The notes under the pieces were generated by a model, which had not been told where the DNA came from, ran no database searches, and saw only the letters and a list, made by a program, of their open reading frames with translations. This document shows, one piece after another, positions 51,151 through 64,000 of a DNA stretch of 64,000 nucleotides. The position numbers were made by a program, and so were the translations under genes. This DNA comes from Dicyema japonicum (Eukaryota; Animalia; Dicyemida). Every line of letters starts with the position of its first letter. Within the stretch, counting starts at the first letter, position 1. The stretch covers positions 1,510,133-1,574,132 of the forward strand of contig RDEW01000006.1 of assembly GCA_011109175.1 (NCBI GenBank), written 5' to 3'.

Positions 51151-53519
51151 AATTTTGTTAAATAATTATTAAAATTTATAGATATATTTTAATATCCAAT
51201 GAAAATTTTATGAAATTTCATATTTTTAATTTAATTTGCAAACAACAATTAATTCGCGGATTAATTAATAGGACTGTGACATTAATATATTTGAAATGCA
51301 ATAAACATAAAAAAATCAGAACGATCCACGTTAGTTATTCCCAGAGGTATATGTGTTGACAATTAACTGTCATTTTGACCAAAGCACCAAACGAAGTTGT
51401 TATATGGATAGTCAGTCTTTTATCGATACTCGAACACACCAGGCTAGAAGACCATTTTTCTATTCGTTACTGAAAGCCCCTAGCCTGAGTCATGTAAAAA
51501 CACTTTCGATTCAAAAAACTTCTTTCAGAGTGATGCCATGTATGTTCAGCTGCAGAGATATCCGAGACATTGAAGCCGTGGAATTATGTTGACCTCATGG
51601 TGATGTAAAGTTTGTTCCACTAGACTTGTATTTATGGTGTACTACATGAAGACTTGTGTGTTTGACATATTTTCAATTCTTTTATCTCCCCTCGCATCTC
51701 TCAGCAACCAGACAAAGGGAGACGGGTTGATTTGATAGTGTAGACAGGGTAGGAAGGCTAATATATTCATTAATTGTTGTCTACTATAGTGAGGGACAAT
51801 TAAATTTAGATTAATGATCAAAAAAGTGATTATTACTGAAAGGAAACTATTATACACTAAAGTGAGGTGCCAAAAATACATATGCCTAATCAATTTTTTC
51901 AGAAAGAAAAATTACAATCCTTGGGAAACATAGCTACTTTCTCGTATATTCGAAATATTAGATTAACTCAATTCATAGGGTTTGATAATCAAAGCTTTAT
52001 TTTTACGATATTAGGAATTCCTGCAGTGGAGTAATTAAAATGATCTTTTATCGCGCCACCCTGGATTCACATAACACCATTTTAATATGGTAGTCTTTAT
52101 GTTCACCATGTCTAATTGAAGTGATACTTATGAACTCTAGAAGATTTTTTATGAATCCAGTACATTTTATTTTTATAGTTATTCCGATGTTATAGTTATT
52201 CCACTGAAAGTAAGAAAGACATCTACTTATATAAGTATTTCATGAATTAAAAGGATTTCTTTCCAAATTGATATAAATGAATCTTACAGCCCCTATCCCC
52301 GTGACATCATATCAAATTCATGATCCTTAGTCCACTTTTGGCTGTTGCATTACCCGACGGTTCCCTTCATTTGAAGTGATAAAAGCGAATTAATAAAAAT
52401 GCTATTTTCCTTAGTTAATGAGAATATTCTAGTTCTGCCTTTGAGAAGGAAACTATTGGGTCTACTTCTGCTACCCAAACAGTATTTTGCCGTCTCGAAT
52501 TAAACTGTCCCATTAAATTTACATGGAACGCAAGTAAGGTGAACGTTACATCTCTGAATTCTTGTAACCCAAAATACACAAATTTTTAATTAGGAATCAT
52601 ACTCAAATCGTGACAACGTGTAATAAATTTAATTTTATGGAATTAAAAACAATTATTATGTAAATGGACTAGTAAAATAATTATCCAACAAATGTCTCTT
52701 TATTGTTTGAGGTAATAAAACTATAATTTTTTACAACATTTATGTTTCACAATAATTCCCTGACCTGGAGTAGAAACACAAATTGGGAATCACACATTAG
52801 GTAAAATTTAAACTCAAAGTCGAAATTAATTAGAGAAATCCGCCATTATGGGGACCCTCCACTGGAATATGGTAGAGAGGGGTTTTTTTGGATGCCGGAG
52901 AGTCAGTGGTAGTCACCTGAGTTATGTGCAGCCGAGAGGAATCGACTTGAGTCGAATTTAATTTTAATGGAAATTTATAAAATAATCGATTTATTTGTGC
53001 GTGATTGCTAGCAGTTATATAAACGCCCACAACGGAGAATATTTAAGTTTTAAATTTTACAAGCAATGCTTTCAAGCAGTCCTCCATACGAGAATGAAAC
53101 CTCAGATTGGGATGAGTCAAATAAAGAGAACATTCCTCCAGGGAACTCAAAAATTAAAAATTCCGAGAAAAAACTCAGAAGTTTGTCAAATAAAAAATTG
53201 AAATCAGTTGGGCATGAGAATTTAAATTTAGAAAAATAAAATCCACCGTTGTAATCTTGAATGTCATCTTTGCAGAGGAACAAAATCGAGGCCCTTTAAC
53301 TTCAGAATGGTTAGCTGTGATCACTGCAAGCATCAAATCTGTAATTTTTGTAGAATTTCATCACATTTTAATTCAAAATATTCTTTCAGCTTCATTGAAG
53401 GGTCAGATTTTTATTTAGTAACAAATCATTGGGGTACTTTCCGAGCAGATGGAAGGATTGGGATAATTTATAAATTGATATTTATTAAAAAGTATAAATA
53501 TTTCTTTATGTTGTCCAAT

Positions 53520-53860
53520 TAATTCGTGTCCGACCCTTGAAGATATCATGAACGAGTTTCCTCCACTCTCCCCGATCCGTTGCAATTTGGAGTAGCCTTG
53601 ATATAGGCATTCCGTGACGTCTTCCGCCGTGGATAGCCACCGAGTCATCGGTCGGCCAGGTCTTCTCTTCCCAGTAATATTGCTCAGCATAATGGTTCTT
53701 TCCTGGGAATCAGAGCGGACAACATGCCCAAAGAACGCCAATCTGTGTTTTACGATTCTTCCTTCTAGCGAAATGTCCGTCTCCACCCGTTTGAGTACAT
53801 CGATGTTTGTTATTTTGGAAGTCCTAGGGATTCTTAGTAACCTAATCACCACAGTTTAAA
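53520..53860 (-). mobile_element. RTE/BovB-like 3-prime fragment
   Basis: LAFFGHVVRSDSQERTIMLSNITGKRRPGRPMTRW. Sister of 43560-43745. Confidence 0.85.
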
Positions 53861-54130
53861 AGTATCAATTTTTCGTCTATCCGCCTTTTTCAATATCCAT
53901 GATTCTGCGCATTATCATAGTTTTCAATCCTCATTTAATATCAGAAGTTTGGTGGAACGTCAAGAAAACCAGATCTGTGAGATTTTATAAAGCCTTTAGT
54001 CTGGGAGGTCACGTGTACAGGTACTTTCACTTCAAAAAGTTTCCTTAGGAATGCTGCCAATGCCTGGTCAGCCACTGGAAAGACCGGACAATGAAGAGTA
54101 AGAAGTATGCTGACTTCCCGGAGATGTAAC

Positions 54131-54197
54131 GTTTGTTACTCTCACTATAAACATATGGAGCCATGTTTGTTACTCTCACTATAACATATGGAGCCAT
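54131..54197. repeat. Tandem duplication of 34/33 bp
   Basis: GTTTGTTACTCTCACTATAA(A)CATATGGAGCCAT twice. Confidence 0.9.
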
Positions 54198-55449
54198 TGT
54201 ACAATCGTTCTACAATTTTTTCAAAAAGCTCTTAAGCCTAATCTCTGATCTCTTAGGAGACTTTTCCGATGATACTGGATATTCTAGCTGATTCCCTCGC
54301 ATTCCAAAAGGAAAATAACCAAGCAGATAGGCTATAACTCTATTTTTGTCTTAAACGTGAATTGAACTCATCTTAAAAAAGATATAATCAATTTATTGTG
54401 ACAATATGGTCCACTCAGAATAATTACCTCAAATCTGGACCCGTTTAGTGCCATTTGACATCTCATAAAAGTATTTTGAACATTTAAGTATCATTATTTT
54501 CACTCAATAACTGAAGCCGGGAAAATGTTTTAGCAAACTAATTAAATGTTCAAGCTCCAGTAACACCAGGACTCTTATTCTTAATCCCGGATATTTTTAA
54601 AGTAAGTCTTATCTATATATCCTTTCCCGTCATCACGTCCCCTCTGAGTATCTTTCATTATGAGAACTTCTCCATAAAATAGAAAAGAGAGGGATTTTTG
54701 TAGTCTGCTGCTATCTCACCTCTTCAAAAACTGTTTTCTCAAATTTATACAGAATGACCCATAGGAGTATCCTTCTTCAGGGTTGATTGTTATACGACCC
54801 ACTCTCAGATTACACTCAATGTTGGGATGGCGCTGAAAACGATAATTTGCTTTCTTCCACTCCATTAGAGGGGTGCTCACAACTGCAAAGATTTGATATT
54901 TTCTTCCACACTATTGGTTTTGGATAAACATGTATGTAATATTGGAAGAACTATGTTTTCGCTAATACACTGACTATTAACTTGTTGGTGTTTCCAGAGT
55001 TGTGTTGGTTGCATGTTAATGTACTCATAATCTATCTACCCGGTTTTCTATTGCAACTTCAATGTCAGGGTGGATCGTTTCAAACATTAAACTTAACACT
55101 AATTTGGAATGATGCAAGTATGGGAGACATTAACACAATAGGTGGAAGTAAAATGGATTGAGATGTATAGAAATTATCGGCTGATACTACTACCGACTGT
55201 AGGTCGATATATAATGGGTTTTGCAGTATATTATTAATTATGAATCGAATACACAAAGTATGGATAACTACCGGGATGAGCCCTTCCGAAAATAAGCACA
55301 TACCAAAAAATCAGATAAAAAACGTTTAAGAACATATTAAACCAGCATTTTCAATATCATCGATAATTATTTCAATTTCATCGGTAATACCGTCATATTA
55401 ATTCTCTAATCAATATATGCGAAATTTCCCTTTTCAGTTTTTTCCTGCT

Positions 55450-56980
55450 AAAATTGACTGTAGCCTTGAATTCAGATACCTTGGCATAAGATCTAGTCAG
55501 TCAGCCCATTCCTGTTATTTTCTTCAGATGGTTACTATGGAACGAGTCCAGTCTATCCACTTCCTCTTTGTTCTTGAGTAGATCTTTTCGAATCTCACAA
55601 GAGTTCAGTATTGGATAGTAGAATTCTGATCATTCTTAGGCTTGACTCATCTAGAAATTTTTCCAGTAACCCCGATTGTTTATACCTATCAAAAGCTCTT
55701 GAGAAGATACCCACTGAAAAATTACGGCGTTATACTACCTTTGATATGTTGCACACTTCCATATGTGGCTCCAAACCGCATCATATGTTGATCTCCCTTC
55801 TTGCTTTGAATTTTAGCAAACAGACAATCAGGTCCGTAATTTAGCAACTCACTGTTAATGCTATCCGGACCGGGACTCCTATAATCCATTAGTTATTACA
55901 AGTATTTTGACTTCTTGGGGGTATTAACATCTCCAAAATCTTCCCAATCAATAAAAAGGAGAAATTGGTGTAACATTCACATTAAACAACTTTACGAAAT
56001 GGTCTGCGATAATATTGGCTTGTTCCTTCAATATTAATTTCCCATTACCGTCCTTAATGCTAATAATTCTCAAGCTTTGTTTGTCAAACAATCGTATTGC
56101 TGTGTTTTTGCATTATCTTTTAGTTTGATTACTTATTCGAGATAATAATTTATCTTGAAATTTCCTGTTCAGTTTATTTATTTTCGCTACAATAATTTAA
56201 TTTTATTGAACCAAAAAACCACCGTCATAACCAAGATAAACAAATTCAGATGATCCCATCCTCCTCAACAGTCTCTCACCTTGAAGGGATTTTCTCATAT
56301 ATCCTTCAAGTTCTAAGCTAGCTCCGCAACCTCTGGGTGGACGGCATCATGCAAGTCCTACTCTTCTGTCTCGTGCCAAGGTATTTTCCTGCTGCTTCAA
56401 TAATAACGTTCTTTGCATGGTTCCAGGAATCTCACATTATTCCAGATAACTTTCTATTCCCACGTCCATGTTTTCCCCCTAGAAAGGTAATTTGGATTAT
56501 TCTTTACCAAATCTTTGCATTTAGGTCGCCATCAATGAACATCAGTGAGGACGACTCGAATTCGTTGTACGTATCCGATAACGTTGAGTAAAAGTCGTCT
56601 AGATCAGACAGATCTTTCGCCACTCACACACAATTGGGCGCATACACCTTCATAATTGTCATAAGAATTTTGAAGAAACAGTAATTGCTTAGACGTATTT
56701 GAATTACAAAAATCCTGTCACTCACACGCCATATCTGGGGGATGTCAGAAGCCAATCTTGATTAGATAGCGAATCTGAGTTCATAGTGTTTTGAATCACT
56801 CGGTAGACAAACCAATCGATATTTTCTATAGCACTCGTCAAGTTTGTAGGCAATTTTCGTCTCCTGTACACACCCAATAGAAACTTCATATTTCTCTACG
56901 TCCTCACAGAGAATCTTCCTCGGCCAGACGTTTGATATACCTCTGGCGTTGAACGTAAGCAGCTTTAGACAAAATAAATC
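55450..56980 (-). mobile_element. Degenerate RTE-like LINE (APE endonuclease to RT)
   Basis: LLTFNARG...GCVQETK, VYAPN, KDGNGKLI and ...SRAFD. Confidence 0.75.
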
Positions 56981-58299
56981 CTCTTGTATCTTCTACTTTC
57001 TAGTTATTTTCATACTGTTATCCAATCGCCACCACCTAACCAACAATTTTAGTTAATTCTTTAAAATTAAATAAATTAAATATTTATTATTATTAAATAA
57101 ATCTAAGGAGTTCAATGGAATATATTGGTTGACATAAATATATTTATTACAGAAAAGTATGAACTTAACTTTTATTTGAATGATGTGACACACAAATATT
57201 TGCAATGTAAAAAATCAAACCCACAAATTAGCATTAATCACTTTTATTACGAATAGTACTCGCCATTATTAATTTTCAGCTTTAATTCCGTCTGTCTCGG
57301 CTACCACGTGCTATTTAAGCCATACGATTACGTATCTGCGACGTTCTATAACAGAAAATGTTTTTGTGCCCACGTGGGTAAACTGTTTAAAATACAATTC
57401 GATGGTTTTAATGTAAACTAAAATTATTAGAAAATTTAGAGAGAATCCACTTCAATTTAGACATAATTTGCCACAATTTCCCGCTTTCTATCATTTCAAA
57501 GGCAATTTATGCTTATAAAATGATTAAACAGGAAAATATTCATTTTGTCGACATTTTTAGTGTTATTTTCCAAATGCAAGGTTTTGTGGATTATGATGGT
57601 TAGAACTCTTCGAGAATTTCGACATTGAACAAACCGAAAACTCACAAATGATAGAATCTTATAAAATTGAAGAAATTGTCGATTTGTGTTCCACCAACGG
57701 GATAATCTACCCAGAAAATATTATTTCTGAAATTATTAAGGAAGTGCCTACTAAAATTTTGGACTTGATTGTTGCACTAAGAAATAAATTTAATGACGTT
57801 TTGTCATGTAATTACATTTAAGAGTTAATCTTTCCCATAAAAGCTGTTCTTATATTTCAAAGTACTGACGGTGGTCTCAGTGTCTTCTAAAGGGTCGACA
57901 TTAGAGCGGGAAAATAGACAAAAATTTTATAAGAACATGGGGTCTAACAAGAAATTGCTAATATAATGTGGCTAGAACATCGGGGGATCATCAATATTTC
58001 CACAGGTCTGCTCTGGGGATATTAGTTTGTTCTAACATCCCTATTTGTGTTTTTTTGGAAGTCAATAGCAAGGTCCACCACAACAGAGACTTCCATCAAG
58101 TGAGAATTTATTGTACCAATGGTGGTGACTATTATTCAGCTTAAATAGATGATTTGTTTATTTTTATGTCCTATTTTTTCAAATATATTTGTAACGACCT
58201 TGGGTTAAACATCCTCTGTGACTTCTGATCATACAATGAATTGTGTCATTAAACATAGTTATTTAATGGGAACGTCAGTCTCAGATCCAGGTCATGCAT

Positions 58300-60170
58300 C
58301 TAAGTAGGTAGAGGATTAGAAGAGAAGGAAGCACTGAAGCATTTTGGAGGATCACTTAATTGTCTCATTTGCTGTTGAGACGTCAGAAATCCTTGGCCTA
58401 CAAGCGGACGATCTAGTCCGTCGAATCCGTTCAATAATCTATAGCAGTAGTTCCCAATCTGGGTTCCGGTAACTCCAGGGTTCCGCGGAGCCAGTTCTAG
58501 GGTTCCGCGAAAATTATTATAAATTATTTAATAATAGTTTTTAATTACACAAACACGGATGAAGGTTTCTGATAAAGAGTACACCTCTGCTACCTCTCAA
58601 CTTGTGGAACTGGCATGCCGTGAGGACATCCCACTTGACTCTAACAGAGATAAATCGACTGACCTGATATGGAGAATAACAGGGAGTTGATAGCACACTC
58701 TTCTTCTAAGAAAAAGAAAAAGATTACCAGCGATCTGGATTAAAATCCGCTCAATTAGATAATTTACTCGTTTACTTTTTCAATTTATTTTTTCCAAAAA
58801 TATAAAATATATTAATCATGATTCTGTTTCAGGTTAGTTAGTCAATTAGTCAATTTTATAAGATTTTTAGTGAGAAAATAATAGCATAGGAGATTCCAAA
58901 AATATTAATAAAAAGGTTTTTTATGATTATAATTTCATAAAAAAATATGATGAAACCTACATCCCATATAGGTTTTCTCAGAACGGATCTGATTTAGCGC
59001 ATAAGACTGAATGTGTGATATGCCATCATATAACGTTTAACACATTTCTATCAAGACATCTATTGATGAAGCATCCTCATTTAAAAAATAAAGATATTTT
59101 TTTTCAAAACAAATTGAATTCATTTACAAGGTGATAGTTGGAAATGTCTAATTTTGCGAAAGACGAACTTAAAATGGACCAGAGCATCCTATGAAGTATA
59201 TACTATTTTAATCGAACAGGTGAGTTATCTTGTAGCACATTGTGGAGAGGCACATTTAGTTAGTTAGTTAAAGCACATTCGCGTTGCCAATAAACATTGT
59301 TTATGGTTTCGCTTGTGCCATGTTTTTTGACTATCCTTTCCGTTAGTCTTCTCCCTCTTTTTCGTTGTCGTGCTCGTCTCTGATTTCGTCCAGATCTTCT
59401 GCATCCATCAGTCGGCCTTCGATCACTGCATAATCCTCCGCAAGTGTCCCGGGAGACAACTTCTTTGACGTCCTCTGAATGTAGAAGATTCAGTATGGCG
59501 TTGAAGGCACGTATAATTGCCAAAAATCTTATAAAGCAATGTTCAAAAAAGATCATCCATACAGAAGTAAGATGATTATCACGTGGAACGATATTGCAAC
59601 GTTTGTTCGAATTAGGAAACGAGCTTTTTGTGTTTCTCAAGAAATAAAATTTTCCATTTTACAAAAATTTGAAAAACAATCTTAGCTTACAAATATCTTA
59701 TTGATTTGACACCAGAATCAACGTCAAAAATGAACCCCCCTTTTTAATTTTTATGAGAACATACATTTCCAAATATCCTGATATCTCAGAAAAGGCTATA
59801 CGTACACTATACTTATTCCAGCGACTTGCTTATGCGGAATATTCAATATATACATCTACCAAAAACAAAATACAGAAATAAACTCAATGCTTCCCTAATA
59901 TGAGGATACAGTTGTCAACAAAAACTCCTAACGTTACACAACTAAAAAGTTACCTCATGTTTATATTAAAATTGTTTTTGGTTATTACTATGTTTTAAGT
60001 GAAAATTGTAATAATTGAATTATAAGGGTTCCGCAAAAATAAATTAACTCAAAAGGTTCCGCGAGCACCTTAAGGTTGGGAACCACTGATCTAAAGGGTC
60101 ACAGAGGATTTACATGAGACTGGATGGCTTTTAGAGCGTATAGCTATTGTCAGAGGAAACAACCTTGCAA
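58300..60170 (+). mobile_element. CRE 3-prime fragment split by a hAT insertion
   Basis: AVETSEILGLQADDLVRRIRSII before the hAT and RVTEDLHETGWLLERIAIVRGN after it. Confidence 0.75.
58445..60088 (+). mobile_element. Non-autonomous Buster-type hAT, 1644 bp, with nested LINE scraps
   Basis: TIRs CAGTAGTTCCCAATCT / CAGTGGTTCCCAACCT, TSD ATCTATAG / ATCTAAAG and subterminal GGTTCCGCG repeats. Degenerate transposase C-terminus (YPDISEKAI...KYRNKLNA) near 59770-59900. Confidence 0.85.
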
Positions 60171-60737
60171 ATTTTCTCATGGTGCTATCAGAGTTCCTTT
60201 CCTGTCAACACGGCCCCACAACGACGCATGGCGTTTGCAGAAGTCGAGCCCAAGACGCAAGCCAATTCCGATACAGAGACTCTCAGTGTCCAACAAGGTT
60301 CCTACGCTCGAGAGTAAGCGTTTAGCCAACAACCGCTGTTTCCTAAGCAGACTGCCCGAATGTAATCTTTTTACAAAGAATTACGAGTGGTTGGCCTTTA
60401 TTCAATTTATTGATATGAATCACTCAATAACTTCACTCTGATGCTTCAGGGATTTGTCTTCAATAAAAGCACGACTAATATTGATTTCAACCACTAACGA
60501 TCAAAGTCAATGAGTTCCGTCAGTGTTGAATAGATGGCGTAGAAAATTATATCAATCATCATATACTTACTGTGATACCACCTTCAATCAATGAGGACAT
60601 TGAAAAGATGTGAGAAAATATTTTAAATTTTCTCCAATTCACAAGGAAATCTTATTTGCAATTTATGGCAAAAAACAATTTTTATTTACTAACATCGTTC
60701 GTCTAAGAAAAAAGTTAAATTTTTTAATTATAAACAT

Positions 60738-61595
60738 TTGAGATCTAACAATAAAATATTATTTATTAACTATGAGGCAGACGATCTGGACTTTGTATCG
60801 GATGATTCTGAATTTCTCAAGTACATAAACGAACATCTTCCTAACATTTTCCAAAAATGGTTCTTGAAGATAAACACTGACAAAACGGAATTTACATCAT
60901 TCAGCCGTGCAGAGAGGATATCTTACGAGACGTGGAGAAGACATAAGAAGGTCGGATCGCTCTTGAGGGACGAGGAAGATGTAGCTCGATGGAAAATCCT
61001 TGCATCTGGTGCTTTCAGAAGCCTATCTAAAATATGGAGTTCGGGAAGAAGACTTTGTGGAAAAATAAATCTTATGATATACAAATACTTTGTTGTGCCC
61101 ATCCTAATATATAACTGTGGGACATGGGGTTTGTCTAAACGGGCAATGGAGTTGACAGTTTCGACCGCAGTATGCTTCGGAAGGCACTTAATATTCACTA
61201 CAAAATGAAGATAAAAAACGAACAATTATATAAGTTGAGCAAAACAGAACCATTATCCATGGAAATCAGAAATCGAGATGGAGACTGTTCGGTCACATTC
61301 TGTGGATGGACATGGATGTCCCGGTAAATCACGTAATAGATGAATATTTCATGGAAAAAACAAAATTATTCCGAGGAAGGCCTAGAACAACCTTACCTAT
61401 CACGCTAAATGAGGACCTAAAATCCATAGGCAGGGAGTTGAAAACAATGGATGACCTTGATGAACTAAGAGATCTTGCGGAACGGAGAGGCCTTTGGATG
61501 CGATTGGTGCAAAGGGTGGCCGGCGCGGCACAAGGGAACCTTAATTGACTTTGTTTTTTTATGTGTTCTCGGCAGTGCTGATAATAATAATAATA
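60738..61595 (+). mobile_element. RTE-like LINE 3-prime third with (TAA)n tail
   Basis: INYEADDL...LKINTDKTE...YNCGTWG and RWRLFGHIL...RGRPRTTLPITLNEDL. Confidence 0.85.
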
Positions 61596-63050
61596 AGGGA
61601 GAGCGGCTACTGACATTACGGAGTAAGCGTTTCCGCGGACAACTGTGATCCCAATTCGTTGCCTCAGCCAGAGCGCTTCCCGCACGTCTTTCTTACGGTG
61701 GGCCAATTTCCCCCCCCCCCCCCGATTTCTTTCAGGAAAGAGGCTGTAATAATTCCGGCCTCACCAGACGTCTCGATTGCCACCGGTACAAAACGGTAGC
61801 GGTCTCCAATTTCGCCATATTGTTTAATCTTGATTTTCTCGGCCATATAGGCTGCCAATCCAGCAGATTGCGCCTAGCTGAGTATCATCGAGTTCGAGAA
61901 CGAATCCACAACAGTCCTATACGAGCGATTTTCCCTCAGTGAACGGAAAGATAGTTAACCCATCCGGTCTATTCCCGTCTCCGCGGTCCAATCCCACGGG
62001 CTCCAGTACTGCTGGGAAGTCTGCAGCTTAAAGAGCACGCATGACAATGTTGTTCATAGTATCATGGCGGGGTGCTCTGCCCGCACTCCTTTTGCACAAG
62101 AGCGGATGCAGCCATTTGGCATCGATGAGGTCTCCACAACGACATTGGTGTTCGACGAATACATAAACTCCCAAGCGTTGTCTGATCCCAATCCGAATAC
62201 AGTCATCGTCCAAAATGGTCCTAAGGAGGAACAAGGGAGTGCATCCAGTTACGCTCCGCTCCCATGGTTGGCGGCGGACACAAAGCATGCAAGACGATGC
62301 TGGTTGGCCTCAGAATTTAGCACGTCGAAGATATTCTTGGAGTAAATCTCATCTCAATCACGTTGCCTTGAAGGATCGTTCGGCGTATCCAAATAAGTTT
62401 CACGCCATTCGCGAAGAGCTTCGTCGAAGACTTTTTCCCAAGAAAGTTCGGATGGAAAACGTAGGATATCTTGGACCAAAGGCTTCCATTTGAGAGCGAT
62501 GACACATATGCTGGAAAGGCGATCTCCAGCGCCTATCTGAGACTCGTACCTCCAAAGCGTGTAGGAAGCTTGCATTGATTCCAACTCGGCACGTCAAAGT
62601 GGATGTTTAAAAGCAATTCAGCTGATTTTCTCATTACCCTATTTGTTGATAGAGCGGACAATTTCATCAATGGCCAGAGCGAAGAGAAGTGGACCAAGTG
62701 GGTCCCCTTGTTAGACTCCAGTCTCCGAACAGATAATCTTATCCCCGAAAACCAGTGAAGAATTGGTTCCGTAAGCGAGGTAGACAAGTGGAATAAGTTC
62801 CGGGGCCCGTTTGCTTGTAGATTCAAAAGTTTAATCCCTCCTCAGTGAATTGAAAACATTTCACATGTCCAGCTTGACCCCAATGTGTGGGTTTTGTTCG
62901 TCTTTCTGTAAAAAAACATTTCGCAGCATGCACTGCCGCCTCGCATCCGTTCCTTACACAGACCCCCAGTTGGAGGGGAAATGTTAAATTAACTGGTATA
63001 TTATTTTCATTACTTTTAACAGCTGCCAGTACAATAAAACTGCTGAAAAC
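61596..63050 (-). mobile_element. CRE-clade non-LTR element, 5-prime truncated, degenerate
   Basis: QLGVCVRNGCEAAVHAAK, CRCGDLID..HPLLC...RH and KIKQYGEIGDRYRFVPVAIETSG...WLRQRIGITVVRGNAYSV. Confidence 0.85.
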
Positions 63051-63329
63051 ATTCAGAAATTGTATTTCTGATACGATTATGTGAAATCGGGTATATCTGG
63101 GATTAATGATTTCTGTCAATCAAGTTCTTTCTATCAATGAAGTCAAAAAGTAAAAATTTTAAAATTTATTCAATAAAGTCAATTTTTAGGACAAAGTTTG
63201 GGTTTATAGAAAATCTCCCTAATTATCAATAATGTTATTTTGGTCATCAAGTTCCTAGGCAAGACTGGCTACTTGATCGAAGATTTCTGTTTGTTTAGTG
63301 TGTTCCCCCTCTCTCCCTTTCTACTAGAG

Positions 63330-63640
63330 TGACGTCATGTGGCGATCAGTGACAGGGTGGCATTTAAAAGATCAATTGATTTCTCCATTCTACTGGAGGG
63401 GTTTCCACAACTGCAAGGAATCGACATCTTTTTTTATGCTGGTTCTGAATGGACTTGTGTGAAGCTGAATGGACCCTGTGACGGTAGAAACTGGATATAC
63501 TTAATAGGTTGTCAATTGTTAACTTTTTCTCGGTGTATTGGGGGTTAATAATGAATGAGACTAACAAGTAAAACCTGAAGAGATTGTCGATGCTATAATC
63601 CTTCATGCGCGGACACGAGGAAGGAACATGGGGCAAAGAT
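63330..63640 (-). mobile_element. Possible Penelope-like GIY-YIG C-terminal remnant
   Basis: Weak, frameshifted resemblance only (HKKD...AVVE...IDLLNA). Confidence 0.25.
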
Positions 63641-64000
63641 AAGGTCGTTGATAGAACGCATCGGAATCACGTTGGTTTTACCGTGGTCTGATAAAATAAT
63701 TAACAATTTATCACATTTTACTCATTTACTACACATTTTCATCCTCCTCTGTGACTATTGCATTGAATGTCAAATACGCATAAAAAGATGCTTTCCGTGA
63801 AAATTCATATTCCCCAACTCCCTAATACCGCTCATCAACGTCTACTAATAAAGTCTAAAACTTTGTTAGAACACAAAAATTATTTTCTATATTCACGATA
63901 GGAATTAATAGCCAGTAATCCACGTAATATTGTGGCGATAACACAAAATATCTAAAAGTATATATTAATCAAACCAGAGTAGCAATAGTGGAGGATCGAT

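Noticed and set aside
51400-51893. GBP/atlastin GTPase (FVWLLRD and GF...HT.GI-like motifs)
   Set aside because: The motifs occur in the wrong order and no P-loop was found.
59260-59640. Cargo gene ORF inside the hAT
   Set aside because: Its 3-prime part matches RTE 3-prime ends (compare 39230-39340); it is better explained as nested LINE debris.
61710-61723. C14 run as a G-quadruplex or regulatory site
   Set aside because: The sister CRE copy at about 14871 has only six G at this site; slippage or base-calling expansion is more likely.

Overview
AT-rich, non-prokaryotic window dominated by decayed mobile elements, with a few host genes split by ultra-short (about 18-30 nt) spliceosomal introns. 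Recognisable host genes (all minus strand): a RIMS-binding-protein-like gene (coiled coil, 3 FN3, 2 SH3; 44964-~48290), a HIPK/DYRK-family kinase (12630-14191), two duplicated cathepsin L-like genes (4322-7001 and 23235-24396) and a degenerate SMC3 fragment (~7745-8640). RIM-BP implies a metazoan. The intron sizes suggest a reduced parasite such as a dicyemid mesozoan (inference only). Mobile elements: hAT/Buster, IS630-Tc1, pogo, Merlin, CRE-clade, RTE, I/Jockey-like and R4-like non-LTR elements, integrase remnants and a tRNA-headed SINE. Main finding: DNA transposons here carry host-type tiny introns in their transposase genes. A 1500-bp Buster-type hAT (8-bp TSD) has three GT-AG introns of 30, 28 and 25 nt, one of which restores the W|IRNPF motif, and the element sits inside a 25-nt intron of a cathepsin gene. 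A Tc1-like element has a 24-nt intron. Several single-base indels in homopolymers look like long-read consensus errors, so pseudogene calls based only on frameshifts are uncertain. All alignments are by eye and many TE boundaries are approximate. No CRISPR array, rRNA or intact tRNA is supported.
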